Below, piece after piece: positions 28,086-36,655 of a stretch of DNA of 64,000 bases. This DNA is from Tannerellaceae bacterium (lineage in GTDB: Bacteria > Bacteroidota > Bacteroidia > Bacteroidales > CAMTPD01). How positions within the stretch are numbered: position 1 is the stretch's first letter; the number at the start of each line of letters is the position of its first letter. The stretch spans positions 64,841 through 128,840 of the forward strand of contig JBOFPV010000040.1 of assembly GCA_051660585.1 (NCBI GenBank). Reading direction: 5' to 3'. A program made the position numbers and the translations under genes. Under the pieces are notes generated by a model. It made no database searches, was not told the DNA's origin, and saw only the letters and a list, made by a program, of their open reading frames with translations.

Positions 28086-30431
28086 TTACTTTTGAAGTGA
28101 GAGAATTGCTTCGGCAAGCTTTTTACGGTATTGTAAAATGGCTTGCGGGTCTTTATTGTAAGTTTGTTCGTCGGTATAGATCGACTTTGGTATTGAAAGT
28201 AGCTTTTTAGCCTTCGCTACTTGCGAAGCTTTTGATTTGGGAGCTTCTTGAATGAGTTGCTCCAACTTCATCATATACTCGTAATCTTCGATACCGTCGC
28301 GAAGCGTTTCGAGACGAACGGATGGAACGGCTTCGTTGTTGTAGACGTGTTTGTCGTTGTTTACATCTCTGTTTTCAGGATAAAACATGCGTCCGTCACC
28401 ATTGCCCCAAACCGTTTGTTTGCCTTGTACCCATCCGTAGCCGGTAACCCAAGACATGGCTTCTTGCCAAGGATTTTGCAGTTTGCCTATTGGCGAGGCT
28501 TCGGGGGAATTCCAGTAGGTCGATTCCCACACTAATATTCCTTTGAGATGGTGTACGTACGATGCCCAGATCCACATGCGGAAGTTGACAGCATCGTGGT
28601 CTATAAACTCTGAGATCCACGGCGACTTGGGCCAGCAACATAGGTATGACCAATATTCTTGCCCTTTTTCGTGCATTTTCTTTGCCTTTTCATGGTCGAG
28701 TTTATGCCAAATGGTACAGGAGATATCGGTTACATCCGAGATGTCTTGTCCTGCAATGTGCTCGGTAAGGAACGTAGTTAGTTTAGGCGCATGCTTCTTT
28801 AGCATTTTATGCGTTTCATATATAAACGGATAGTTCGACTCGTTGGGCTCGTCAAACCAGTAAATATACTCTTTGCCAATCATCCCGGTAGCAACCAAGT
28901 TGGCCTCTATTTGCTTTAAGTAGCGTTCCATCAAGCGATCGTATTCTTCCGTGCCTTGAGCAAAGCCTTCGAATACACCCCCTTCGCTGCTGAAATATGT
29001 GCCTCCGCCAAGACCTTTGAGTTGAAGGCGGTGTCCGTTAAAGCCGTATTCGTCGAAATATTTCTTTGCAGCTTTGTTGAAGTCGGTAAAGTCGAGTTGA
29101 ATGTCTATTTTGTTAACATCTACTTCAAAGCCACCGCTTGTCAACAGGTTTTCGGTTGTTTCTTTATTGTTTGCGGCTGAATTGTCGGCAGTTGCCACAC
29201 CATTGTCTCCTTGTGTCCAGGCTTTGGCTGCTTCTCCTTTGTCGGTTGTGGAGAGAACAAAGTCGTCGAACCATACGGTACCGTGACCTTCGCCAATGGC
29301 CGTGCGCTTCGACGGATACAGACGAATCATGATAGAGGCCGTTTCCGGTGTAAGGTTTCCGAGAGGAAGTGAATAGCTTTTCCATTCGTTCGAGGCGCGA
29401 AATTCTTCGTATCTGTTTTCGAACCAGATGAGTGAGTCGTTCTTGTCGTAGCATTCTACGCCGATAACAAACGGCTGATCTGCTTCTTTCGATTTTGCCC
29501 ACCACTGTAAATTGTAAGCTTTGCCGCCTTGCACGGGTTGTAAACTACGTAGCGATGCTTCGGTATTCTCCGTATACGATTTGTCTACTACCATGTATGC
29601 GTATTTGCCCGAATGCTTCTCTTTGCTGTCGAAGAAACCGCCTTTCCAATCTACTCCGGTAACGGTTTCGTGGATAGGTGTGCGTTCGAACGGACTATAC
29701 GGCGAGACTTTGTAGTCGGCGAAAGCTTTCATGTGTAAGTCGAAAGCCTTTTGTTTTTCTGCCTCGGTGGTGAGGTTGTTGTATTTGGCAACGTTGTCGA
29801 GGTTGAAACCAAAGCCCGAACGCATGGTTGTTGTATCGGGTAGCGCAAAGTTCCATACGTTGAGTTCGACCGGTATTTGTTGTGAATAACCGTCGGCCGT
29901 AAGGGAAAGGTTTGCTTTGTACAAACCTGCGGCTGCATTTGCCGGAGTCTTTACGGATATCCAAAATGGCTGATTGATTCCGGCATTTAGGTTTTCACCT
30001 CCCTTATATAGTGGCAACGGATCGGGCCACTTACCGGCAAATCCGTATTGGTCGGTAGGGTGTGTTACGGTTACATACTCTACTTTTCTAACAACGATAT
30101 CTGATGTAGGGATCTCGGTGCCGTTGGTCGAAAGGGGAGATAACTTGATTTGTAGGTTGCGGAGCGGTTGTTCCGGATTAACGACAAGAATAAACGATTC
30201 CCATTCGTTCTTTGCACTTTCGAGACGAATTGTCGCTTTCTTTTTGGTCGGAACCGGTGCGTCTTGCATGACTTTGTACGCTCCTTCGGCCCACCAAACA
30301 GAGGTTTCGGGTGTTTTAGAAATGAGATAACCATAGCCGCCGCTTGCGGTATGATTCGGGTCTGTTTTCGCTGTGGCAAATAGGGATGTGCACAGGAGTA
30401 ACATTGCCAAGGGTAATGTTTTAGTTAGCAT
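28086..30431 (-). CDS. Secreted glycoside-hydrolase-like protein, DUF4091/GH123-like, with an internal CBM-like insert
   Basis: It has a signal peptide. YIYWFDEPNE supplies an adjacent Asp-Glu pair like that of GH123/GH20-type retaining hexosaminidases. The central segment ...AYNLQWWAKS...VWFDDFVL resembles a CenC-type carbohydrate-binding module. The family call is from memory of motifs only. Confidence 0.5.
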   Translation of the reverse strand: MLTKTLPLAMLLLCTSLFATAKTDPNHTASGGYGYLISKTPETSVWWAEGAYKVMQDAPVPTKKKATIRLESAKNEWESFILVVNPEQPLRNLQIKLSPLSTNGTEIPTSDIVVRKVEYVTVTHPTDQYGFAGKWPDPLPLYKGGENLNAGINQPFWISVKTPANAAAGLYKANLSLTADGYSQQIPVELNVWNFALPDTTTMRSGFGFNLDNVAKYNNLTTEAEKQKAFDLHMKAFADYKVSPYSPFERTPIHETVTGVDWKGGFFDSKEKHSGKYAYMVVDKSYTENTEASLRSLQPVQGGKAYNLQWWAKSKEADQPFVIGVECYDKNDSLIWFENRYEEFRASNEWKSYSLPLGNLTPETASIMIRLYPSKRTAIGEGHGTVWFDDFVLSTTDKGEAAKAWTQGDNGVATADNSAANNKETTENLLTSGGFEVDVNKIDIQLDFTDFNKAAKKYFDEYGFNGHRLQLKGLGGGTYFSSEGGVFEGFAQGTEEYDRLMERYLKQIEANLVATGMIGKEYIYWFDEPNESNYPFIYETHKMLKKHAPKLTTFLTEHIAGQDISDVTDISCTIWHKLDHEKAKKMHEKGQEYWSYLCCWPKSPWISEFIDHDAVNFRMWIWASYVHHLKGILVWESTYWNSPEASPIGKLQNPWQEAMSWVTGYGWVQGKQTVWGNGDGRMFYPENRDVNNDKHVYNNEAVPSVRLETLRDGIEDYEYMMKLEQLIQEAPKSKASQVAKAKKLLSIPKSIYTDEQTYNKDPQAILQYRKKLAEAILSLQK

Positions 30432-30596
30432 TTGTTTTTACGATATAGGTTTAGATAATGTACAAATATAAAAAGAAAAAGGAGCATACTCCAATAATGG
30501 AAGTATACTCCTTCTATGATCATCAATGCTGAAAGGTCGATTTGATTCAAAATCTTATAACAAGACTTTGGTTCGTTCGATCAAGCGATTGTCTTT

Positions 30597-32066
30597 TTAT
30601 TTTGAGAACTGTGCGTCCATAGCTGCCGCTGCACGACGTCCGTCGCCCATTGCCAAGATTACGGTTGCACCACCGCGTACAATGTCACCGCCGGCATAAA
30701 CATCCGGAAGGTCTGATTGCATGGTTTCTTGATTTACAATGATAGTACCCCATTTGCTAATTTGAAGTCCTTCGAAAGCACTAGGGATAAGCGGATTTGG
30801 TGATACACCAATACTTACAACCGCTACATCGATGTCGATGGTTTCAATAGCACCTTCTACCGCAACCGGGCGACGACGGCCCGAAGCATCCGGTTCGCCA
30901 AGCTCCATCTTCTGCAAGCGAACTTGTTTTAGGCGGCCTCTTTCATCGCCGATGTATTCGATCGGATTGTGCAATGTAAGGAACTCTACACCTTCTTCTT
31001 TCGCATGGTGTACCTCTTCGAGACGTGCCGGCATTTCTTCTTCGCTACGACGATAAATAATCATCGCACGCTCTGCACCCAGGCGACGCGCTGTACGTAC
31101 CGAGTCCATCGCAGTGTTACCACCACCTACTACGGCTACATTTTTGCCGAAGAATACAGGAGTGTCTGATTCAGGATTCGCAGCATCCATCAAGTTTACA
31201 CGAGTAAGGTATTCGTTACTCGACATTACGCCTACAAGATTCTCACCCGGAATATTCATAAAGTTAGGAAGACCGGCACCGCTGGCAACAAAGATTCCTT
31301 TGAAGCCTTCGTCGTGTAGATCTTGGTAAGTAATGGTCTTGCCGATGATGCAGTTCTTGATAAACTTCACGCCCATCTTTTCAAGAATGCTGATTTCAAC
31401 ATCTACGATGCTGTTTGGCAAACGGAATTCAGGGATGCCATACTTCAATACACCACCAATTTCGTGTAGTGCCTCGAATACCGTAACGTCATAACCAAGT
31501 TTGGCAAGGTCACCTGCGCAAGAAAGTCCGGCAGGACCCGAACCTACTACTGCAATTTTGATACCGTTTGCCGGTTTCAATTCCGGAATAGATATGTTAC
31601 CTGTCTCACGTTCGTAATCAGCGGCGAAACGCTCCAGATTACCAATTGCTACAGCGTCTTTCTTTAGTTTTTGTGTATAGATACACTGGCTTTCGCATTG
31701 TTTCTCTTGTGGACAAACGCGTCCGCATACAGCAGGAAGTGCGCTTGTTTCTTTCAATGCTTTTGCAGCTTCAAGGAATTCGCCGCGTTCGATGTTTTTT
31801 ACAAACTTAGGGATGTTGACACCTACCGGGCAACCTTGCATACAGGTTGGAGTAGGGCAGTCAAGACAACGTTGCGCCTCGCACATGGCTTGGTCTGCTG
31901 TATACCCTAAATTTACCTCTTCGTTGTTATGGCTTCTGAATTCCGCATCAAGGGAATTCATCGGCGTACGTGGAAGGTCGGTACGTTCTTTGTTTTTCTT
32001 TCCTTTACGCAATGCCTCTCTCCATGGCTGATTGCGCTCTTCGGTTAGTATATCTTGTAAAGTCAT
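30597..32066 (-). CDS. nfnB: NADPH-dependent glutamate-synthase-small-subunit-like oxidoreductase (NfnB/SudA-like)
   Basis: N-terminal Cys clusters (CLDCPTPTCMQGCP, CGRVCPQEKQC), the FAD site VVGSGPAGL and the NAD(P)H site VVGGGNTAMD. Confidence 0.8.
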   Translation of the reverse strand: MTLQDILTEERNQPWREALRKGKKNKERTDLPRTPMNSLDAEFRSHNNEEVNLGYTADQAMCEAQRCLDCPTPTCMQGCPVGVNIPKFVKNIERGEFLEAAKALKETSALPAVCGRVCPQEKQCESQCIYTQKLKKDAVAIGNLERFAADYERETGNISIPELKPANGIKIAVVGSGPAGLSCAGDLAKLGYDVTVFEALHEIGGVLKYGIPEFRLPNSIVDVEISILEKMGVKFIKNCIIGKTITYQDLHDEGFKGIFVASGAGLPNFMNIPGENLVGVMSSNEYLTRVNLMDAANPESDTPVFFGKNVAVVGGGNTAMDSVRTARRLGAERAMIIYRRSEEEMPARLEEVHHAKEEGVEFLTLHNPIEYIGDERGRLKQVRLQKMELGEPDASGRRRPVAVEGAIETIDIDVAVVSIGVSPNPLIPSAFEGLQISKWGTIIVNQETMQSDLPDVYAGGDIVRGGATVILAMGDGRRAAAAMDAQFSK

Positions 32067-32072
32067 TTTCTG

Positions 32073-32885
32073 TTACGCTTTTACTGTGTTTTTTGTTTCT
32101 TGATCTTTGTATGAGCCCAAACGCATCAACATTTCGTCGAAGTCTACTTTGTGCGCGTCAAACTCTGGTCCGTCTACACAAACGAACTTCGTCTTTCCGT
32201 CTACAGTAATACGACAAGCGCCGCACATACCTGTACCGTCTACCATGATGGTATTAAGGGATGCCATCGTAGGTACGTTATACTTTTGCGTAAGAGCAGA
32301 AACAAATTTCATCATAATAGCAGGACCGATCGTTACACACATATCCACTTTTTCGCGGTTGATAACTTCTTCGATACCTTGTGTTACTAGTCCTTTCTTT
32401 CCGTACGAACCGTCATCTGTCATCACGATTACTTCGTCAGAATTTGCACGCATTTGTTCTTCAAGGATAACCAAGTCTTTGCTACGAGCCGCCAATACGG
32501 TGATTACGCGATTACCGGCTTTCTTAAATGCTTCTACAATAGGAAGAAGAGGGGCTACACCTACACCACCGCCGGCACATACTACTGTACCAACTTTTTC
32601 TACGTGAGTAGCTTGTCCCAGAGGTCCTACAAGGTCAGTGATGTAATCACCTTCGTTCAGTGCGCAAATCTTTTTCGATGATTCGCCTACTTGCTGAATA
32701 ACCAAAGTGATGGTTCCTTTTTTTGTATCTGCCGCAGCAATAGTTAAAGGAATACGTTCACCTTTTTCGCCAACTTTTACAATGACAAAGTGGCCGGCTT
32801 TGCGAGCCTTCGCAATCAGAGGTGCTTCTACCTCCAACTTAACGACATTTGTAGAGAAAAACTCTTTGCTTACTATTTTATTCAT
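32073..32885 (-). CDS. nfnA: Ferredoxin-NADP reductase-like FAD/NAD-binding subunit with a C-terminal [2Fe-2S] motif (NfnA/SudB-like)
   Basis: RIPLTI is the FAD-binding motif and GGGVGVAP the NAD motif. The C-terminus carries GTGMCGACRITVDGKTKFVCVDGPEF. The gene lies 6 nt upstream of the nfnB-like gene. Confidence 0.8.
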   Translation of the reverse strand: MNKIVSKEFFSTNVVKLEVEAPLIAKARKAGHFVIVKVGEKGERIPLTIAAADTKKGTITLVIQQVGESSKKICALNEGDYITDLVGPLGQATHVEKVGTVVCAGGGVGVAPLLPIVEAFKKAGNRVITVLAARSKDLVILEEQMRANSDEVIVMTDDGSYGKKGLVTQGIEEVINREKVDMCVTIGPAIMMKFVSALTQKYNVPTMASLNTIMVDGTGMCGACRITVDGKTKFVCVDGPEFDAHKVDFDEMLMRLGSYKDQETKNTVKA

Positions 32886-32917
32886 TTATCTCAATGAGTT
32901 GTTATTTCTTTTATTTG

Positions 32918-32925
32918 CAAAAATA
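32918..32925 (-). promoter_or_regulatory. Candidate Bacteroides-type -7 promoter box for the nfnAB-like pair
   Basis: The minus strand reads TATTTTTG (TAnnTTTG), 32 nt upstream of the ATG at 32885. Confidence 0.3.
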
Positions 32926-33181
32926 TAGTAAAAACACTAACTATGAAATAAAAAGTATGTTTAGTTTCCCGTTTTATCTTTCATGGTTTTGCTTTTTTAG
33001 CGTTGTGGGTGTCAATTTGTGAGCTGAGGTTTAAAAGTTGAAATCGTTACAAATTCGTTTGAGTTTAATAAGTTTATGTAACGAGGATCGGATAAAATAA
33101 AATCCGATTACTGAAAGACCTTCTTTGAAGATCGTTTCGGTAACCGGATTTGCTATTATATAAAATTATAAAGGGTCTTGC

Positions 33182-34582
33182 TTATTGGGCACGAGTTTGT
33201 GATACTCCTTGACGAAGTGTTTTTATTTCATGCATTAAAAACAGTCCTGTTAATAATGCAGAGAAGAAAGAGGCTACCGGATTGGCTGCCCATACGCCGT
33301 CGAGACCAAAGAAGTTTGGCAAAATAAGCATGCCGGGAATTAAAAAGATCACTTGGCGTGTGAGTGATAAAAACATCGACTTCCATGCCTTTCCGATGTT
33401 TTGAAAATATTGTGCGGCTACGATTTGGAACCCGACAACAAAGAAGATGGCAAAATAAACGCGCATCCCTTGTGCCGAAATTTGTACGAGTTGATTGTCT
33501 GTCGTAAAGAGTTGTACCATGGTTTGTGGCATCACCATACTAAAGATAAAACCAACACCGGTAATAATACTCGCAGCAATGATACCTAATTTTAGCACCT
33601 CGAGTAATCGGTCGTATTGTTGTGCTCCATAATTGAACCCGATAATGGGTTGCATTCCTTGCGTGATACCCATACACAACATCACAAGCAATGTTTCGAA
33701 AGATGATACAATTCCGTAGGCCCCAACGGCAAGGTCTCCACCGTTGCTATTCAAGGTTCGGTTTACGACAATGGTAACAAACGAGGCTGCGATCATCATC
33801 CCAAAGGGAGACATCCCAATGCTTAAGATGCTGAATACGGTTTGCTTATGCAGCTTGAGGTGCTTGCGTTGGAAATGAAGGATGCTTTCTTTGCTATAGA
33901 AGTGCGACATCACCCAAACGGTACATACCAACATCGAGAGTACAGTTGCGATAGCTGCTCCTTGAATCCCCATTTTGAACACAAAAATAAATATAGGGTC
34001 CAGGATGATGTTGATCCCTGCTCCCAAGAGCATGGTAAGCATGGCTTTGCGCGGATATCCCGATGCCCGCATCATGGCGTTGAAGCTAAAGCTGAGCGTC
34101 ATAAAGATGGTAGACGGAATTACAATGTAAAGGTAATCTAAAGCAAAAGGGATGGTTGCTTCACTTCCTCCAAACTGAAATAACAGAGGCTTGATGAAAA
34201 CAAGCGATAAAACGGTGGTGAGAACCGAAAAGATAAGTGAGAGCATCAAGGCATTCCCCAATACACGCTCTGCTTTATCTACCTCGTTACGACCTAAACG
34301 TATGGAAATACGTGTGGCTGCACCTACACCTACGAGCATTCCAAATGCATGAATGAAGTTAAGAACAGGGAACGTTAGCGTTAAACCTGAAATAGCAAGA
34401 GCGCCTACTCCTTGGCCGATAAAGATCCGGTCTACAATGCTATATAAGGAATTTACCATAGTTCCTACAATGGCCGGTATCGTGTAGTGAAGGAGAAGTT
34501 TGCTTATTTTTTCTTGCTGTAGCCTATTCGTGATTGATTGTGTGCTCATATATAAAACGTTTCGAGGTGCAAAGCTATTCAT
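33182..34582 (-). CDS. MATE-family efflux transporter
   Basis: A 12-TM-like polytopic protein of about 455-466 aa with MATE-like repeat halves. An alternative start is at 34549 (MSTQSI...). Confidence 0.85.
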   Translation of the reverse strand: MNSFAPRNVLYMSTQSITNRLQQEKISKLLLHYTIPAIVGTMVNSLYSIVDRIFIGQGVGALAISGLTLTFPVLNFIHAFGMLVGVGAATRISIRLGRNEVDKAERVLGNALMLSLIFSVLTTVLSLVFIKPLLFQFGGSEATIPFALDYLYIVIPSTIFMTLSFSFNAMMRASGYPRKAMLTMLLGAGINIILDPIFIFVFKMGIQGAAIATVLSMLVCTVWVMSHFYSKESILHFQRKHLKLHKQTVFSILSIGMSPFGMMIAASFVTIVVNRTLNSNGGDLAVGAYGIVSSFETLLVMLCMGITQGMQPIIGFNYGAQQYDRLLEVLKLGIIAASIITGVGFIFSMVMPQTMVQLFTTDNQLVQISAQGMRVYFAIFFVVGFQIVAAQYFQNIGKAWKSMFLSLTRQVIFLIPGMLILPNFFGLDGVWAANPVASFFSALLTGLFLMHEIKTLRQGVSQTRAQ

Positions 34583-34840
34583 TTCTTTTTGTATATAGCG
34601 TACAGATCTAATTTGTACTGTGCTTATTCTTATTAAAGAAGTTGTAATATATGTTTATGCAAGTGTTTGCAGATCTGCATCTCGTCATAGATTTCAATGT
34701 TAATTTACTGAAAATGGTATTGTATTCGTGAAGACTCGTAATATATTTATGCTCATTGCATTGTTAAATAAATAAGAGGTAAGGTGACCAACTTTTGATG
34801 GGGAACTTTGTTAAATTAGAAACGATTAAAATAAGAGATT

Positions 34841-35413
34841 ATGAAACAGGTATTGATTCTTTTAAGTGTTATTCTTTTTGCTTCATGCTCATCATATAAA
34901 GCTACAGACGGAATGTCTAAAGAACAACGCCAGATGCAAAAAGAAGCTGAGAAAAAAGCACAAGAGGCTGAAGATATGGCTATGTATGAACAAGCAGTGG
35001 AAGCCTTGCAACAGCAACACTTTGTGCTAGAAACAGATCGTGTTTACTTTAAGCGTGGACACGTAGAATATGTGACTCCGTCTACCAACTTTGTGATGTT
35101 GGACGGAACCAAAGCAAGTGTTCAGTTAGCATTTAATACAGCTTATTCCGGAGCAAATGGATTGGGTGGAGTAACTGTGGATGGAACTGCTTCGAATATC
35201 AAAATGAAAACGGATAAGAAAGGGAATGTTCGCTTTTCAATGAATGTGATTGGTACAGCGATTTCTGCTCAAGTAGAAATTTATATTCCTTATGGAACTG
35301 CTAGTGCACAAGCTACTGTAAATCCAAATTTCAATAGCAATCGCATTTCATTTTCAGGAACAGTATGGCCACTTGATCAATCTAATATATTCAAAGGCCG
35401 CTCATTGTTCTGA
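34841..35413 (+). CDS. Hypothetical lipoprotein (possibly DUF4251-like)
   Basis: Lipobox LFASC, then a K/E/Q-rich helix and a beta-rich domain (...FVLETDRVYFKRG...). The family guess is weak. Confidence 0.45.
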   Translation: MKQVLILLSVILFASCSSYKATDGMSKEQRQMQKEAEKKAQEAEDMAMYEQAVEALQQQHFVLETDRVYFKRGHVEYVTPSTNFVMLDGTKASVQLAFNTAYSGANGLGGVTVDGTASNIKMKTDKKGNVRFSMNVIGTAISAQVEIYIPYGTASAQATVNPNFNSNRISFSGTVWPLDQSNIFKGRSLF

Positions 35414-35466
35414 TTTAGTTTACTTACATATGTAAGATCGTTTGTTTTCCCTATTATTTAAATAGT

Positions 35467-35520
35467 AAAACCGTTCATTCATTTCAGAGTAAAAACTCCG
35501 AAAGAATGAACGGTTTTTTT
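35467..35520 (+). terminator. Rho-independent terminator
   Basis: A 14-bp stem AAAACCGTTCATTC / GAATGAACGGTTTT followed by TTTTT. Confidence 0.65.
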
Positions 35521-35955
35521 AGTAGAAGTGGTATAGTGGTAATTTCATTATTCACCTCAAAAGAAGATTAATCTTGTTTGAAATGAATATAGAACCCTTA
35601 TGTGTTGGTTTTTACATAAGGAAAAGACCATCTCAAATATTCTTCGAGGTGGTCTCTCCTTAATTGTGTGGTTTTTTCAAGAAAAGTGGTTTAAATATTG
35701 TGTGTGGTTTCTCAATAATGTAAAATCATTAAAGAATAATATCACTTATATAACATAGATAAAGCCTTCTTGTTTTCCAAACTGTTTATTTTGTCATGTA
35801 ATTTTATTTTTGTTAACAAGAATGGGCCTTTTTACCTGTTGTTTTGATGTAAATGCAACAGGAGAGACTCGTTTTATGTTTGATTAAAAAGATGGCGAGT
35901 GCAGCCATCGGAATCAAGATGTATGAATGAATAGATAAAGAATAAAATATAGCAA

Positions 35956-36585
35956 ATGAAACGAGAAATAGACTTTGAATCATGGAATCGCAAAGAGCAC
36001 TTCGATTTCTTTAGTGCCTTTGATGAGCCATTTTACGGACTAGTAGCACAATTGGATTGTTCAAAAGCAATGCAGGAAGCAAGAATGTCGGGAACTTCTT
36101 TTTTCCTTTATTCGCTACACAAGATAATGCGTGCGGTAAACGATACTCCCGAATTTCGATATCGTATAGAGGCAGGTAGTGTGTACGACTATGAAACGAT
36201 TCATGTTTCACCTACAATCGGACGTGCAGACAATACCTTTGCTTTTGCATTTTTGAAGTTTGATCCAGATTTGTCTCGCTTTGTTGCGATTAATAAGCAA
36301 GAAATGGAAGCTGCGCAAAACTCAACGGGATTGCGACTCAACGAAGATTCGGAGCGAATTGATACGATTCATTTTTCGTCACTCCCATGGATTGATTTTA
36401 CAGGTCTCACACATGCGCGAAATTACAAGACGAATGATTCGATCCCGAAAATATCTGTAGGAAAAGTACATGCCGAAGGTGAAAAGAAACGAATGCCGAT
36501 ACAAATCAATGTGCACCATGGTTTGGTGGATGGAATACACATCGCAAACTTCTTGGATCGGGCACAAGCATATTTAAATGAGTAG
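35956..36585 (+). CDS. cat: Type-A chloramphenicol O-acetyltransferase family protein
   Basis: About 209 aa. The N-terminus ...W.RKEHFDFF... and the catalytic motif HHGLVDGIH (HHxxxDG) are typical of CAT. Confidence 0.85.
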   Translation: MKREIDFESWNRKEHFDFFSAFDEPFYGLVAQLDCSKAMQEARMSGTSFFLYSLHKIMRAVNDTPEFRYRIEAGSVYDYETIHVSPTIGRADNTFAFAFLKFDPDLSRFVAINKQEMEAAQNSTGLRLNEDSERIDTIHFSSLPWIDFTGLTHARNYKTNDSIPKISVGKVHAEGEKKRMPIQINVHHGLVDGIHIANFLDRAQAYLNE

Positions 36586-36592
36586 TTGCTAT

Positions 36593-36640
36593 AAAACAAA
36601 ACACCCGGAAGTTACATCTTTCGGGTGTTTTGTTTTTATT
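36593..36640. terminator. Bidirectional terminator between cat and the SusD-like gene
   Basis: A long stem AAAACAAAACACCCGRA / TTCGGGTGTTTTGTTTT with A-run and T-run flanks. Confidence 0.65.
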
Positions 36641-36655
36641 TATTGATCCGGACTT

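Noticed and set aside
35900-35955. Translational attenuation leader, as in Gram-positive cat genes; a tiny ORF ATGTATGAATGA lies at 35919.
   Set aside because: The ORF has only 3 codons. I found no convincing stem-loop sequestering the cat start. Bacteroidota do not use Shine-Dalgarno occlusion in the classical way.
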